DNA of 64,000 nucleotides, from assembly GCA_965230935.1 (NCBI GenBank), contig OZ246400.1, forward strand, positions 566,359-630,358, written 5' to 3'. The position numbers and the translations under genes were made by a program. Source of the stretch: an uncultured Gammaproteobacteria bacterium. Lineage in GTDB: Bacteria > Patescibacteriota > Patescibacteriia > Magasanikbacterales > JBBTQS01. The notes beneath the pieces are model-generated. The model was given only the letters and a program-made list of their open reading frames with translations. It was not told the origin of the DNA and made no database searches. Position 1 is the first letter of the stretch. Every line of letters begins with the position of its first letter. Positions 22,063-31,869 of this stretch are shown piece by piece.

Positions 22063-23325
22063 TTATTCAGTTGATACTTCTGCTGGAGTCTCAACCGGAG
22101 CCTCTGCTTCTGATACTGCCGGAACTTCTTCTTGCGCTGCAACAGGTGCCGGCTCTTGCGTTTCTGGCGCAGGAGCCTCTTCTTCTTTTGGCGCTTCTGG
22201 CTGAGCTTCTTCTTGCGCACTGCGCCCCGTTACTCCTGGGATACGCAATCCAAGTCGGTGTTCTGCCGGTTCAATATTCACAATCTCAAACTCAAGCGTA
22301 TCACCCGGCTGTGCAAATTCTTTAATTTCAATCGGTGTGTCAGAAAGTTCACTCACATGAGCCAATCCATGGATGTCATTATCAAGTTCAACAAACAGAC
22401 CAAACGGATTTACCTTGAGCACCTTTCCTTGAACCTTATCTCCCACGGCATACTTCTTCGCTACCTCAACCCATGGATCTTCCATCAATTGTTTCATGGA
22501 CAAGAAAATCTTTGATCCATCAATTTGAATAATCTTAGCTTTTACTTCCTGACCGGTCTTCACCACATCTCGCGGATGGTCAATGCGCTGCCACGCAAGC
22601 TCGCTAATGTGCACCAACCCCTCGAGCTCACCAAACTTTACAAACGCGCCAAAACTGGTGAGTGCGCTAATACTTCCTTCGACAAGATCACCAACATTGT
22701 ATGCACTGATGATTGATTTTTGCTCATCCTCCCACACTGCTTTTTCAGAAAAGATAATCTTTTCTTCTTTTTGATTGACATCCAAAACTTTGGCGCGAAA
22801 TGTTTGTCCGGCATACTCCTTCAATCGTTCCAAAATCTTTTGTTTGTCTCCACCGGGAACCCGTGGGTAATGATCAGGTGACAACTGGGACACCGGCAAG
22901 AACCCACGCAATGCATCGTATTGCACCATGAGTCCACCTTTGTTGGCGTCTAAAACTTTAATGTCTACCACTTCGCCAGAAGTATTAAGGCCGATGATAT
23001 TTTCCCATGCGCGCGCATGACCAGCAACACGGAATGACAATTCCATCTCACCATTTTCGTTTTCAACTTCAACAACCGTTGCTTCTACTTCATCTCCTGA
23101 AGCGATGTTGGCATATTCAGTTGATTCATTAAATAACTCGCGACCGCGAATAACACCAGCAGCAAGCCCTTCAACATCCACTCGAACTTCCCCCTTAGAA
23201 ACAGAAAGCACCTTTCCCTTTACTGTGTCACCGACACTGGGAATGGAGCTAAAGTACTCTTCTAATAATTTTGCAAATTCGCCAGTTTGAACCTGACTAT
23301 TTGTTTTTGTTGTATCCTCTACCAT
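22063..23325 (-). CDS. rpsA: 30S ribosomal protein S1
   Basis: Multiple S1 domains (GDTVKGKVLSV.., VGDLVEGSI.., GDKVQGKVLKV..). Start at MVEDTTK (cat at 23323-23325). Confidence 0.75.
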   Translation of the reverse strand: MVEDTTKTNSQVQTGEFAKLLEEYFSSIPSVGDTVKGKVLSVSKGEVRVDVEGLAAGVIRGRELFNESTEYANIASGDEVEATVVEVENENGEMELSFRVAGHARAWENIIGLNTSGEVVDIKVLDANKGGLMVQYDALRGFLPVSQLSPDHYPRVPGGDKQKILERLKEYAGQTFRAKVLDVNQKEEKIIFSEKAVWEDEQKSIISAYNVGDLVEGSISALTSFGAFVKFGELEGLVHISELAWQRIDHPRDVVKTGQEVKAKIIQIDGSKIFLSMKQLMEDPWVEVAKKYAVGDKVQGKVLKVNPFGLFVELDNDIHGLAHVSELSDTPIEIKEFAQPGDTLEFEIVNIEPAEHRLGLRIPGVTGRSAQEEAQPEAPKEEEAPAPETQEPAPVAAQEEVPAVSEAEAPVETPAEVSTE

Positions 23326-23500
23326 ATCTGAGAAGATTATCCCCGCAAGCGGAGTGCCGACCCAACGGCGTACTAAATGGGTAGCAATAGTATATAGAAG
23401 AAGGGGCATTTCGTCAAGGCAGCAAAATGACCTGAAATTACTGTTCAATCCAGTTGACCAAACCCCTATTTTTCGCTATACTTCTGATGAAATATACCCT

Positions 23501-24121
23501 ATGTTTATCTCTTGGCTTGGCCAAAGTGCCGTTAAAATTGAATACAAATCTCACGGCGAAAGTGCCGTATTATTAATTGATCCTTACAAAGTCAAAGGTG
23601 AGGATATGCCAAAAAGTTTGGCAACTCAAGTCGTACTACTTACCCGAGGGGAGAAAGATACGATCACCTTTCAAAAAGACCCCTATGTGATCAGCAAGCC
23701 GGGCGAGTATGAGACGGCAAGCGTATCGGTGTTTGGATTTGCGAACCCAGAAAGCAAAAACGCGCCAGTGGTATACCGGTTCTCAGTTGAGGGGGTAACA
23801 TTCGCCCACCTTGGGATGATGAAAAAAGCACTTACTGATGAGCTGGTTGGTGAACTGGACAGCATTGATGTGTTACTTATCCCAGTCGGCGGACATGATG
23901 TGCTCTTTCCAGAAAACGCCGGCAAGATGGTAACGCAGATCGAACCACGGATGGTGATTCCGATTTGCTACAAGAGCGGCAAGAGCGGCAAAAACTTTGA
24001 CAGCAATACCAAATTCCTCAAAGAACTTGGCGCAACGTCTGTTGAACCAGAAAACCGCGTACGCCTGCGCAAACAAGATTTGCCAAGTGATTCCATGCAA
24101 ACTATTGTACTCACTCCATAA
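23501..24121 (+). CDS. MBL-fold metallo-hydrolase-like protein
   Basis: Weak beta-lactamase-fold similarity (HxHxDH-type region degenerate). Start at MFISWLGQ. Confidence 0.4.
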   Translation: MFISWLGQSAVKIEYKSHGESAVLLIDPYKVKGEDMPKSLATQVVLLTRGEKDTITFQKDPYVISKPGEYETASVSVFGFANPESKNAPVVYRFSVEGVTFAHLGMMKKALTDELVGELDSIDVLLIPVGGHDVLFPENAGKMVTQIEPRMVIPICYKSGKSGKNFDSNTKFLKELGATSVEPENRVRLRKQDLPSDSMQTIVLTP

Positions 24122-24167
24122 CCCCGCCTTTATGTTCTTTTCCTCAACACACCCCGAAGACAAACGC

Positions 24168-24413
24168 ATGTTTGGCATCCTCGTGGTCGCGGCGATACTG
24201 ATCATTGGCTTAATTGGCTATGCGGTACTTGAATTTGGTACTCGCGTACGACCAGAACCTGCAAAACCAATTCAAAAAGCATACGCAGATCTTCAAGTAG
24301 ACCAAGAGCTCTTTCAAGCAGAAACCCTCAATGCACAAATTCGATCAATCGAAGAAACCAACGACCAGCTCACCGTAATTAAACTCAAAGAAAAACTTGA
24401 AAACCAAAACTAA
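24168..24413 (+). CDS. Small single-TM protein
   Basis: [21 protein letters not shown] followed by a coiled tail. Sits directly upstream of gyrA. Confidence 0.3.
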   Translation: MFGILVVAAILIIGLIGYAVLEFGTRVRPEPAKPIQKAYADLQVDQELFQAETLNAQIRSIEETNDQLTVIKLKEKLENQN

Positions 24414-24418
24414 ACTGT

Positions 24419-26917
24419 ATGGCAGAACAACAGGCCGAAAAAGACTTTATTGGTAAAATTGAAGAACGCACGATTGTTAAAGAAATGGAACAATCCTATT
24501 TGGATTATGCCATGAGTGTGATTGTGGCGCGTGCCCTGCCTGATGTACGCGACGGACTTAAGCCAGTACATCGTCGTATTTTGTTTGCCATGTGGCAATT
24601 GGGCTTGCGCGCGAATGCCAAATTCCGAAAATCAGCAACCGTAGTTGGTGAAGTACTTGGTAAGTACCACCCCCACGGCGACAGTGCAGTATATGACACG
24701 CTAGTCCGCTTGGCGCAGGATTTTTCCATGCGCGATCCGCTTATTACTGGGCAAGGAAACTTTGGATCAATGGACGGAGACTCAGCTGCTGCCATGCGAT
24801 ACACCGAGGCAAAGCTTGCCTCAATCGCTGAGCAACTGTTAGTTGATATTGAAAAGGAGACGGTAGATTTTTCTCCTAACTACGATGGCACGCAAAAAGA
24901 ACCGCGTGTGTTACCTGGTGCAGTTCCTAATCTACTGGTCAATGGCTCAATGGGAATTGCGGTCGGTATGGCCACTAATATCCCACCGCATAACTTAGGT
25001 GAAGTGTGTAATGCCGTAGTGCATTTAATTGATGATCCTAAAGCGACCATTCCAGAACTCATGGAGCATCTGAAAGGTCCAGACTTCCCAACCGGTGGAA
25101 TTATTTACAATACTAAGGACATCGAAGCAACCTATATGACCGGTCGTGGGGGTATTGTACTGCGCGCCAAGACCGAAATTGTTGAAGACAACAAAGGCAA
25201 CTTTATGATCGTGGTGAGCGAGGTGCCATATCTGGTCAACAAAGCAAACCTGATTGCTAAAATCGCCGAGCTCGTCAAAGACAAAAAGATCGATGGTATT
25301 AAAGATTTACGTGATGAGTCAAACAAGGACGGGGTACGTATTGTCATTGAGCTTAAAAAGGATGGGTATCCAAAAAAGATTTTGAATCAACTCTTTAAAT
25401 TAACCCAGCTGCAAACCAGTTTCCACGTCAACATGATTGCACTTATTGACGGGATTCAGCCACGCGTGTTGAACCTCAAGATGGTTTTGGAAGAATATGT
25501 GAAGCATCGTGAAGAAGTGGTGCGCCGCCGCACTGAGCACGATCTGGCAAAAGCGAAAGCGCGTGCACATATTTTAGAAGGGCTGCATATTGCACTCAAC
25601 AACATTGACGCCGTGATTAAAGTGATCAAAAAATCAAAAGACCGTGATGAAGCGCGAACAAATTTGATGAAAAAGTTTAAACTTACCGAGATTCAAGCAA
25701 ATGCGATTTTGGAAATGCGCTTACAACAGTTGGCAAACTTGGAGCGCATGAGGATCGAGAATGAACTGAAAGAAAAACGTAAACTGATCAAGGAGCTAGA
25801 AGGCATTTTGAAATCAATCAAAAAGATGCGTCAAATTATTAAGGATGAAGTGGTGGCGATTTCTGAAAAGTACGCAACCGAGCGACGCACACAAATCATC
25901 AAACACGGGGTAAAAGAATTTTCATCAGAAGATTTGATTCCAAATGAAGACACGATTTTGATGATCACACGCGATAATTACATCAAACGACTCACACCGG
26001 ATACCTTTAAGAAACAACGTCGTGGCGGTAAAGGAGTAATCGGACTTTCCACTAAAGAAGAGGACACGGTCGAGCGCATGCTCTCCACCACTACCCATGC
26101 TGATCTGCTATTCTTTACCAGTCGTGGACGCGTATTCCAAACCAAAGCATACGACATCCCGGAATCGTCACGCACCGCTCGCGGGCAAGCATTGGTAAAC
26201 TTCTTGCAACTTTCACAAAATGAAAAAGTGACTGCGGTACTTGCAATGAAAGCTGGCAAAGGCACAAAACAGGATGATGAAACTGCTGTTGGTGATGATA
26301 AACAATTTATCATTATGGTGACCAAAAATGGCACCATGAAAAAGATTGATCGCAAACATTTGGCGAACGTTCGTCGCACCGGGCTTATTGCCATCACCCT
26401 TAAAGACGATGATGAGTTGCGTTGGGTTCGTGCAACCACTGGTAAAGATGAAGTTGTACTGGTTTCAGCCAATGGCCAATCCGTGCGATTTGAAGAAAAA
26501 GGCATCCGCGCTATGGGACGTACTGCTGCTGGTGTGCGCGCAATGCGTTTGAAAGAAGGTGATCAGATCGTGGGAATGGATGTAGTACCAAGCAAGCTCA
26601 AAAAAGGTGAGTACCAATTGTTTGTGATCATGGAAAATGGATATGGTAAACGCACCGACTTGACCGAGTATCGAGTGCAGTCCCGTGGTGGTTCTGGAAC
26701 AAAGACAGCAAATGTGAGCACCAAGACTGGAAAGATTGTTACCGGACGTGTCGTGCCTAGCGATTCTGAAAAAGACATTATTATCATCTCAAATAAAGGG
26801 CAGGTCATTCGTCTTGAGGTTTCAGCAATCTCTGAGCTTGGTCGTGCAACTCAAGGAGTTCGATTGATGCGATTTAAAGCTAACGGAGATACTGTCGCAA
26901 GTGTGACCGTTGTATAA
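24419..26917 (+). CDS. gyrA: DNA gyrase subunit A
   Basis: [28 protein letters not shown], the catalytic Tyr region and C-terminal beta-pinwheel repeats. Confidence 0.9.
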   Translation: MAEQQAEKDFIGKIEERTIVKEMEQSYLDYAMSVIVARALPDVRDGLKPVHRRILFAMWQLGLRANAKFRKSATVVGEVLGKYHPHGDSAVYDTLVRLAQDFSMRDPLITGQGNFGSMDGDSAAAMRYTEAKLASIAEQLLVDIEKETVDFSPNYDGTQKEPRVLPGAVPNLLVNGSMGIAVGMATNIPPHNLGEVCNAVVHLIDDPKATIPELMEHLKGPDFPTGGIIYNTKDIEATYMTGRGGIVLRAKTEIVEDNKGNFMIVVSEVPYLVNKANLIAKIAELVKDKKIDGIKDLRDESNKDGVRIVIELKKDGYPKKILNQLFKLTQLQTSFHVNMIALIDGIQPRVLNLKMVLEEYVKHREEVVRRRTEHDLAKAKARAHILEGLHIALNNIDAVIKVIKKSKDRDEARTNLMKKFKLTEIQANAILEMRLQQLANLERMRIENELKEKRKLIKELEGILKSIKKMRQIIKDEVVAISEKYATERRTQIIKHGVKEFSSEDLIPNEDTILMITRDNYIKRLTPDTFKKQRRGGKGVIGLSTKEEDTVERMLSTTTHADLLFFTSRGRVFQTKAYDIPESSRTARGQALVNFLQLSQNEKVTAVLAMKAGKGTKQDDETAVGDDKQFIIMVTKNGTMKKIDRKHLANVRRTGLIAITLKDDDELRWVRATTGKDEVVLVSANGQSVRFEEKGIRAMGRTAAGVRAMRLKEGDQIVGMDVVPSKLKKGEYQLFVIMENGYGKRTDLTEYRVQSRGGSGTKTANVSTKTGKIVTGRVVPSDSEKDIIIISNKGQVIRLEVSAISELGRATQGVRLMRFKANGDTVASVTVV

Positions 26918-26949
26918 AAACGTTTTCATAAAACAAGCCAAAATCACAA

Positions 26950-27005
26950 CACCGCCGGGACGTTCCCTGGCGGTGTGTGGTTGTATGATGAGTTGTGGGC
27001 GTTGA
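26950..27005 (-). repeat. Island B 3' module: CA-rich tract plus bulged hairpin, sense on the minus strand
   Basis: Sense strand reads TGAtcaacgcccACAACtcatcatACAACCACACAccgccAgggaacgtcccggcggtg. Confidence 0.6.
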
Positions 27006-27539
27006 TCAGTCCGCCGCGAGCGCCGTGGTGCAGTAGTAGTAGCTGCGGTTCGGATCGCCAGCGCCGCCGAAGATGCCCCAGCCACACCGTGGCTTGCTCG
27101 GGGTGCAGCCCTCCTCGACACCATCGTTGTTGGTGTCCTTCTGGATGCACTCCTGGCAGAACCCGTGATCGAGACCACTGTTCTGTGCAGTCTTGCAGAA
27201 GTGGCCCCAGACCGAGGAGAAGCAGTCCTTGTGCATCGTGCACAGATTCCCGTGGCCGATCATCTCCGACGTATCGGGATGCACGCACACGGCCGGCCTG
27301 TCGCCCTCGGTGTTGGTGTGGCACACCAGCCAACCGGGGCGGCAGTCCTCGTTGTACTGGCACGGATCCCCGACCCCGACGAGCGGATCCGTGATGATCA
27401 TCGGATCCGCCTGCATGGTCACGAGGTTACGCTCGGGCTCCACCACTTTCGGGGCGTCCTTCTTGCACCCCGAGGAGATGGTGAGGAAAAACAGCGGCAA
27501 GAGCGCCGCGGCCAACGCAATACGCGTACAGTTGATCAT
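27006..27539 (-). CDS. Cys-rich secreted lipoprotein in GC-anomalous island B
   Basis: Signal peptide with lipobox LTISSGC and at least 14 Cys. TTGACA-N17-TAGGGT promoter plus AAGGAGGG RBS upstream. About 60% GC. Confidence 0.5.
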   Translation of the reverse strand: MINCTRIALAAALLPLFFLTISSGCKKDAPKVVEPERNLVTMQADPMIITDPLVGVGDPCQYNEDCRPGWLVCHTNTEGDRPAVCVHPDTSEMIGHGNLCTMHKDCFSSVWGHFCKTAQNSGLDHGFCQECIQKDTNNDGVEEGCTPSKPRCGWGIFGGAGDPNRSYYYCTTALAAD

Positions 27540-27742
27540 GGCGTCCCTCCTTCGTTTTTGCGAGGCACCGTGCCAAGCAAGGAAGCCAAACTACACCCTA
27601 CCACTATCAACAATGGTTGTCAAGTGTAATATACTTAAAATTAGCTAAATTAAAGAAAAATATAACAATTCTAATGAAACACCTCCTTCTATTGCCAAAA
27701 TAGGCTATATCCGCTATAGTAAGGCACGTAAAACTAAAAACT

Positions 27743-27922
27743 ATGTCAGTACCAACACAGCGACAGACCCATGGACGTGGCGCACGACGCCGATCACATC
27801 AAGCAATTAAGCCAAAAGCGCTCAAAGCATGTGCACAATGCAAAAAACCTGTGCAACCGCATGTGGCGTGTGGATTTTGTGGCACATACAAAGGCCGCAA
27901 AGTTTTGGCAAAATCTGCGTAA
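27743..27922 (+). CDS. rpmF: 50S ribosomal protein L32
   Basis: 59-aa ORF, below the track cutoff: MSVPTQRQTHGRGARRRSH..CAQCKKPVQPHVACGFCGTYKGRKV. Zinc-ribbon L32 signature. Confidence 0.6.
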   Translation: MSVPTQRQTHGRGARRRSHQAIKPKALKACAQCKKPVQPHVACGFCGTYKGRKVLAKSA

Positions 27923-27974
27923 CCTATTTTGTTCTTTACGCCTCATCTTAAGAGGCATCTAATGTTCTTTCTCT

Positions 27975-28406
27975 ATGGCATCACGTCATCTTGCTCGGGC
28001 GATTGCGATGCAAACGCTCTATCAATGGGACTTCAATGGTAAACCCTCAGCGATTTTACCGGCAATCATTGAACGTACCAAAAAAGAATTCGCCGCAAAC
28101 ATCAAAAATGACGGTTTTATTGAAAGTATTGTAAACGGCGTAGTTGACAACATTACGAAGGTTGATGAATACATTGCGCAATACGCACCTGATTGGCCGA
28201 TTGATCAGATTATGGGTGTTGATCGCGCAATTTTGCGTATTGGGGTATATGAGTTAGTTCTTGATACCAATATCCCACCCAAAGTGGCGATCAACGAAGC
28301 AATCGAGCTTGCCAAAACATTTGGCGGCCCTTCATCTGGAAAATTCGTCAATGGTGTGCTTGGGGCGATGTATAAAAAAATGAAGAACGAGTTAGAAAAT
28401 AAATAG
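27975..28406 (+). CDS. nusB: Transcription antitermination factor NusB
   Basis: [15 protein letters not shown]-terminus and NusB-fold length. Confidence 0.8.
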   Translation: MASRHLARAIAMQTLYQWDFNGKPSAILPAIIERTKKEFAANIKNDGFIESIVNGVVDNITKVDEYIAQYAPDWPIDQIMGVDRAILRIGVYELVLDTNIPPKVAINEAIELAKTFGGPSSGKFVNGVLGAMYKKMKNELENK

Positions 28407-28407
28407 T

Positions 28408-29151
28408 ATGAATGATAAAGACTTTAGTACGTTTGAAAAAACAATTGGGGTTACATTTTCTGATAAGAAAATTCTACAACAGGCCGTTGTTCACCGGAGT
28501 TACTTAAATGAAAACAAAGAGTTTGAATTGGATCATAATGAGCGTTTAGAATTTTTAGGTGACGCGGTACTGGAGCTCGTAGTGACTGAATTTTTGTATG
28601 CATCATTTAGCAATCCAGAAGGCGAGTTGACCAACTGGCGCGCGGCGCTGGTGAATGCCAAAATGTTAGCAGCCGTTGCCAAAGAGATTGATCTTGAGCC
28701 GCTGATGTATCTCTCGCATGGTGAGGCAAAAGATCAAAATCCAAAAGCACGGGATTATATTTTGGCCAATGCGGTTGAAGCAATCATTGGCGCGATCCAT
28801 TTGGATCAAGGATATAAAGCAGCGGAAAAATTCATTCATAAATACATGATTAGTAAGCTGGATGATATTTTGGATAACGGACTATTTATGGATGCAAAAT
28901 CTCGATTCCAAGAAGCAGCACAAGAAAAGATTAGTATTACACCAACATACAAGGTACTTGAAGAAGATGGCCCTGATCACGAAAAACAATTCAAAATTGG
29001 AGTCTTTTTGGATAAAGAGTTAGTCGCAACTGGAGAAGGAACAAGCAAACAAGAAGCACAGACTGCGGCTGCAGAAGCGGCGCTACAAGTAAAAGGATGG
29101 AAAGGGCCAGAAGTAACTGTGATTAAACGCGACCCAAAAAAGAAGATTTAG
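28408..29151 (+). CDS. rnc: Ribonuclease III
   Basis: ERLEFLGDAVLELVV RNase III signature and C-terminal dsRBD. Confidence 0.85.
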   Translation: MNDKDFSTFEKTIGVTFSDKKILQQAVVHRSYLNENKEFELDHNERLEFLGDAVLELVVTEFLYASFSNPEGELTNWRAALVNAKMLAAVAKEIDLEPLMYLSHGEAKDQNPKARDYILANAVEAIIGAIHLDQGYKAAEKFIHKYMISKLDDILDNGLFMDAKSRFQEAAQEKISITPTYKVLEEDGPDHEKQFKIGVFLDKELVATGEGTSKQEAQTAAAEAALQVKGWKGPEVTVIKRDPKKKI

Positions 29152-29167
29152 AAAGAAAGGAGGAAGC

Positions 29168-29239
29168 GCCTGCGTCGTTCAACGGATAGGACACTGGTCT
29201 TCGGAACCAGGAATGGGGGTTCGATTCCCTCCGCAGGCA
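29168..29239 (+). tRNA. tRNA-Arg (anticodon TCG)
   Basis: Full cloverleaf folded by hand: acceptor gcctgcg/cgcaggc, anticodon loop cTTCGga, T-loop ttcgatt. Confidence 0.65.
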
Positions 29240-29255
29240 CAATCACAAAGATAAT

Positions 29256-29291
29256 AAAAAAGTTGCTTTACCCGTCGTTAGCAACTTTTTT
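29256..29291 (+). terminator. Intrinsic terminator after tRNA-Arg
   Basis: aaaaaAGTTGCTttacccgtcgttAGCAACTttttt. Confidence 0.6.
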
Positions 29292-29428
29292 ATTATCTTT
29301 GATTTTTGACTGCACACCCCCTTGTCAAGGAAGAGACAATCTTGTATTATCTGCCTGGGTGCATAGCAACGTTGTTACTATTGCCCTGCAGTCGCAAAAA
29401 AAATGCAAGCATTTTCATTTACTCCTTA

Positions 29429-29502
29429 CGGGTGCATAGCTCAGCTGGTAGAGCAGTTGCCTCTTAAGCAAACGGTCCTGGGTTCGAGTCCCAGTGCGCC
29501 CA
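29429..29502 (+). tRNA. tRNA-Lys (anticodon CTT)
   Basis: gggtgcatagctcagctggtagagc...cTCTTaa...ggttcgagtcc...tgcgccca. Confidence 0.8.
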
Positions 29503-29582
29503 CCGTAATTATTCCAGGTTCGCCTGTGAGCGAAGCGAACAGCTAGCGAGCAAAGTGAGCGTTGTCATAGTGCGTCCACAAC

Positions 29583-30788
29583 ATGCAATTTATTCATTGG
29601 AAAAAACGCGCGGTTCTCCTCCTAATGGTTGGCCTATTGGCAACCACACTTATCGTCCCTGTCCACGCACAAGAGATATCTGATGAAACTCTAACAGAGA
29701 GTGCATCAGATTTTTTTGATCCGACTGATATACCCCCTGAAGAATTTTATCGTGCCAAGGTCATCGAGGTTCTTAAAGAAGATACGGTTGAAATATCTCC
29801 AGGAATAGTAGAAGAAATTCAGTTAGTGCTCGCAGAAATTCTCAATGGCAAAGAAAAAGGAAATCATATCACCACTACCAACGGTGGAGTAGTGACGATC
29901 GATGATTATCAAAAGGTCTCACCTGGTGACACAATAGTACTTATTAAAATCTACACTGTCGATGGTGGAGCGGATTACTATGTACACGATCATTTTCGTC
30001 TTTGGCCGCTTACCATCATCTTTCTGATCTTTGTCGTGCTGGCAATATTCTTTGCGCGACGTAAAGGTGTTGGTGCAATTGTTGGTTTGATCTTTAGTAT
30101 TTGGATCCTGGTTGCCTTTATCGTTCCGAAAATTATTGATGGCGGTGATCCACTGGTGATTACCTCAATCGGTGTCACAATTATTGCCACTGTTTCATTA
30201 TTTATTGCGCACGGCTTTACCAAACGAACCGCAATTGCACTACTGAGCACACTAGTTACTCTTGCTATTGCACTCGGCTTCTCACAATGGTTTGTAGAGT
30301 TTGCAAGTTTGTTTGGCAAAGGTTCTGAAGACGCATTCTTTTTACAAATGGGAAATCTTGCGCACATCAATTTGCGCGGACTCCTTCTTGCTGGAATTGT
30401 AATTGGTACGCTTGGGGTGCTTGATGACATTACCACTGCACAGACTGCAGTGGTTGGCGAGCTTCGTCAGGCAAATCCCAATCTTTCAAAGAAAGAATTG
30501 TATCGCCGTGGACTGATTGTTGGCCGAGAACATATTGCATCATTAGTAAATACGCTTGTATTGGCATATGCCGGAGCATCGCTACCGCTCTTTATTCTGT
30601 TTTCAGTAAATGAACATGTACCTTTATGGCTCACACTCAACGGGGAGCTGGTTGCAGAAGAGTTCATCCGAACCATCATCGGATCAATTGCCTTGATTCT
30701 TGCCGTGCCGATCACCACATTATTTGCCGCTCACTTTTTACAAAATGAAAAGACACGAAAGGTTCCGGCTGCTAATCACAAACATTAA
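29583..30788 (+). CDS. YibE/F-like polytopic membrane protein
   Basis: N-terminal signal peptide, an extracytoplasmic domain, then about 7 TM segments. Family call is tentative. Confidence 0.4.
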   Translation: MQFIHWKKRAVLLLMVGLLATTLIVPVHAQEISDETLTESASDFFDPTDIPPEEFYRAKVIEVLKEDTVEISPGIVEEIQLVLAEILNGKEKGNHITTTNGGVVTIDDYQKVSPGDTIVLIKIYTVDGGADYYVHDHFRLWPLTIIFLIFVVLAIFFARRKGVGAIVGLIFSIWILVAFIVPKIIDGGDPLVITSIGVTIIATVSLFIAHGFTKRTAIALLSTLVTLAIALGFSQWFVEFASLFGKGSEDAFFLQMGNLAHINLRGLLLAGIVIGTLGVLDDITTAQTAVVGELRQANPNLSKKELYRRGLIVGREHIASLVNTLVLAYAGASLPLFILFSVNEHVPLWLTLNGELVAEEFIRTIIGSIALILAVPITTLFAAHFLQNEKTRKVPAANHKH

Positions 30789-30821
30789 AAAAGGCTCGGA
30801 CACGTTACATGTCTGAGCCAG

Positions 30822-30894
30822 CACCGGCGGCAGGATTCGAACCTACGACCCCTCCCTTACCAAGGGAGTGCTTCTACCACTGAGCTACGCCGGA
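30822..30894 (-). tRNA. tRNA-Thr (anticodon GGT)
   Basis: Reverse complement folds as a tRNA with anticodon loop tTGGTaa. The 1:72 pair is mismatched. Confidence 0.6.
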
Positions 30895-31004
30895 GTACTT
30901 GTGCAACACACATTACAAAAATACATGTGCTTCGTCAAGAGTATGTTGACGATGTCTTTGTAGGCTGGTAGTGTGTAAACACTTTTTGGACCTGATGATG
31001 TATA

Positions 31005-31078
31005 GGGCGGTTAGCTCAGTTGGTTAGAGCGCAGCATTGACATTGCTGAGGTCACAAGTTCGATTCTTGTATCGCCCA
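31005..31078 (+). tRNA. tRNA-Val (anticodon GAC)
   Basis: gggcggttagctcagttggttagagc..tTGACat..ggttcgattc..atcgccca. Confidence 0.8.
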
Positions 31079-31311
31079 CTGGTCGGGTGAATTGTTACTC
31101 CAATTACTACAGTCGGTTAAAGTAATTGTCGCAACAGTTCACCCTTTTGTATTTTACAAAAAAAGTATGTACGTGATTGCAAAAATGTTTTAGGAGATTT
31201 GCTTACCCGACATTGCAAATCGAATAAAACATTTTTGCAATTGAGTAAAAACTTTTTACAAAAACTTATCCACAAAAGTTATGTGACACATTGACAAAAA
31301 ACTTTTTTCTG

Positions 31312-31340
31312 TTCTAAAACAAAAATGTTTTCTGTATAAT
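31312..31340 (+). promoter_or_regulatory. Putative extended -10 promoter (TGTATAAT) for the histone-like gene
   Basis: tctGTATAAT at 31331-31340. It sits in an AT-rich region full of AAAA(N)TTTT palindromes. Confidence 0.4.
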
Positions 31341-31431
31341 GTGTGCAGAAGAAAAAATTTATTCCATGCTTGGAAATTTTTTCTTCAAAAGTTTTTAAAA
31401 ACTTTTTATCCAAACATAGAAGGGGGTGATA

Positions 31432-31802
31432 CTATGCCAGCACGCAAACGTGCAACTCGTCGTAAGCCTGCAAAACGCAAACCTGCTCGTAAGACAGCGG
31501 CTAAGCGTAAACCAGCGAAACGCAAGACGGCAAAACGCAAACCAGCGAAGCGTAAAGTAGCAAAGCGAAAGCCAGCTAAGCGCAAAACTGCAAAGCGTAA
31601 GCCTGCGAAACGTAAGGTAGCTAAGCGTAAACCAGCGAAACGCAAGACGGCAAAACGCAAACCAGCGAAGCGTAAAGTAGCAAAGCGAAAGCCAGCTAAG
31701 CGCAAAACTGCAAAGCGTAAGCCTGCGAAACGTAAGGTAGCTAAGCGTAAACCAGCTCGCCGCACGACTCGTCGAAAGACAACTCGTCGCAAGCGAAGCT
31801 AA
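31432..31802 (+). CDS. Histone H1-like, Lys/Ala/Arg-rich DNA-binding protein with KRKPAKRK repeats
   Basis: RBS gaagggggtg before ATGCCAGCACGC. The protein is almost entirely (AKRKPAKRKTAKRKPAKRKV)n. Contains a perfect 120-bp tandem duplication. Confidence 0.6.
31501..31740 (+). repeat. Perfect 2 x 120-bp tandem duplication inside the histone-like CDS
   Basis: 31501-31620 is identical to 31621-31740. Confidence 0.85.
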
Positions 31803-31814
31803 TTGTTCTTTAAA

Positions 31815-31848
31815 AGAAAATACCCCCGGTTTTCGGGGGTATTTTTTA
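31815..31848 (+). terminator. Intrinsic terminator
   Basis: aaaaTACCCCCGgtttTCGGGGGTAtttttt. Confidence 0.7.
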
Positions 31849-31869
31849 ATTTGTAACCAAATCGCTAAT

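Noticed and set aside
31341-31431. Track start MCRRKNLFHAWKFF... for the histone-like gene
   Set aside because: This translates AT-rich promoter DNA. The RBS-supported start is ATGCCAGCACGC at 31432.
31501-31740. Tandem repeats as a possible CRISPR array
   Set aside because: The repeats are two perfect 120-bp coding units inside a KRKPA-repeat ORF with no spacers. No CRISPR-like repeat-spacer periodicity appears anywhere in the window.
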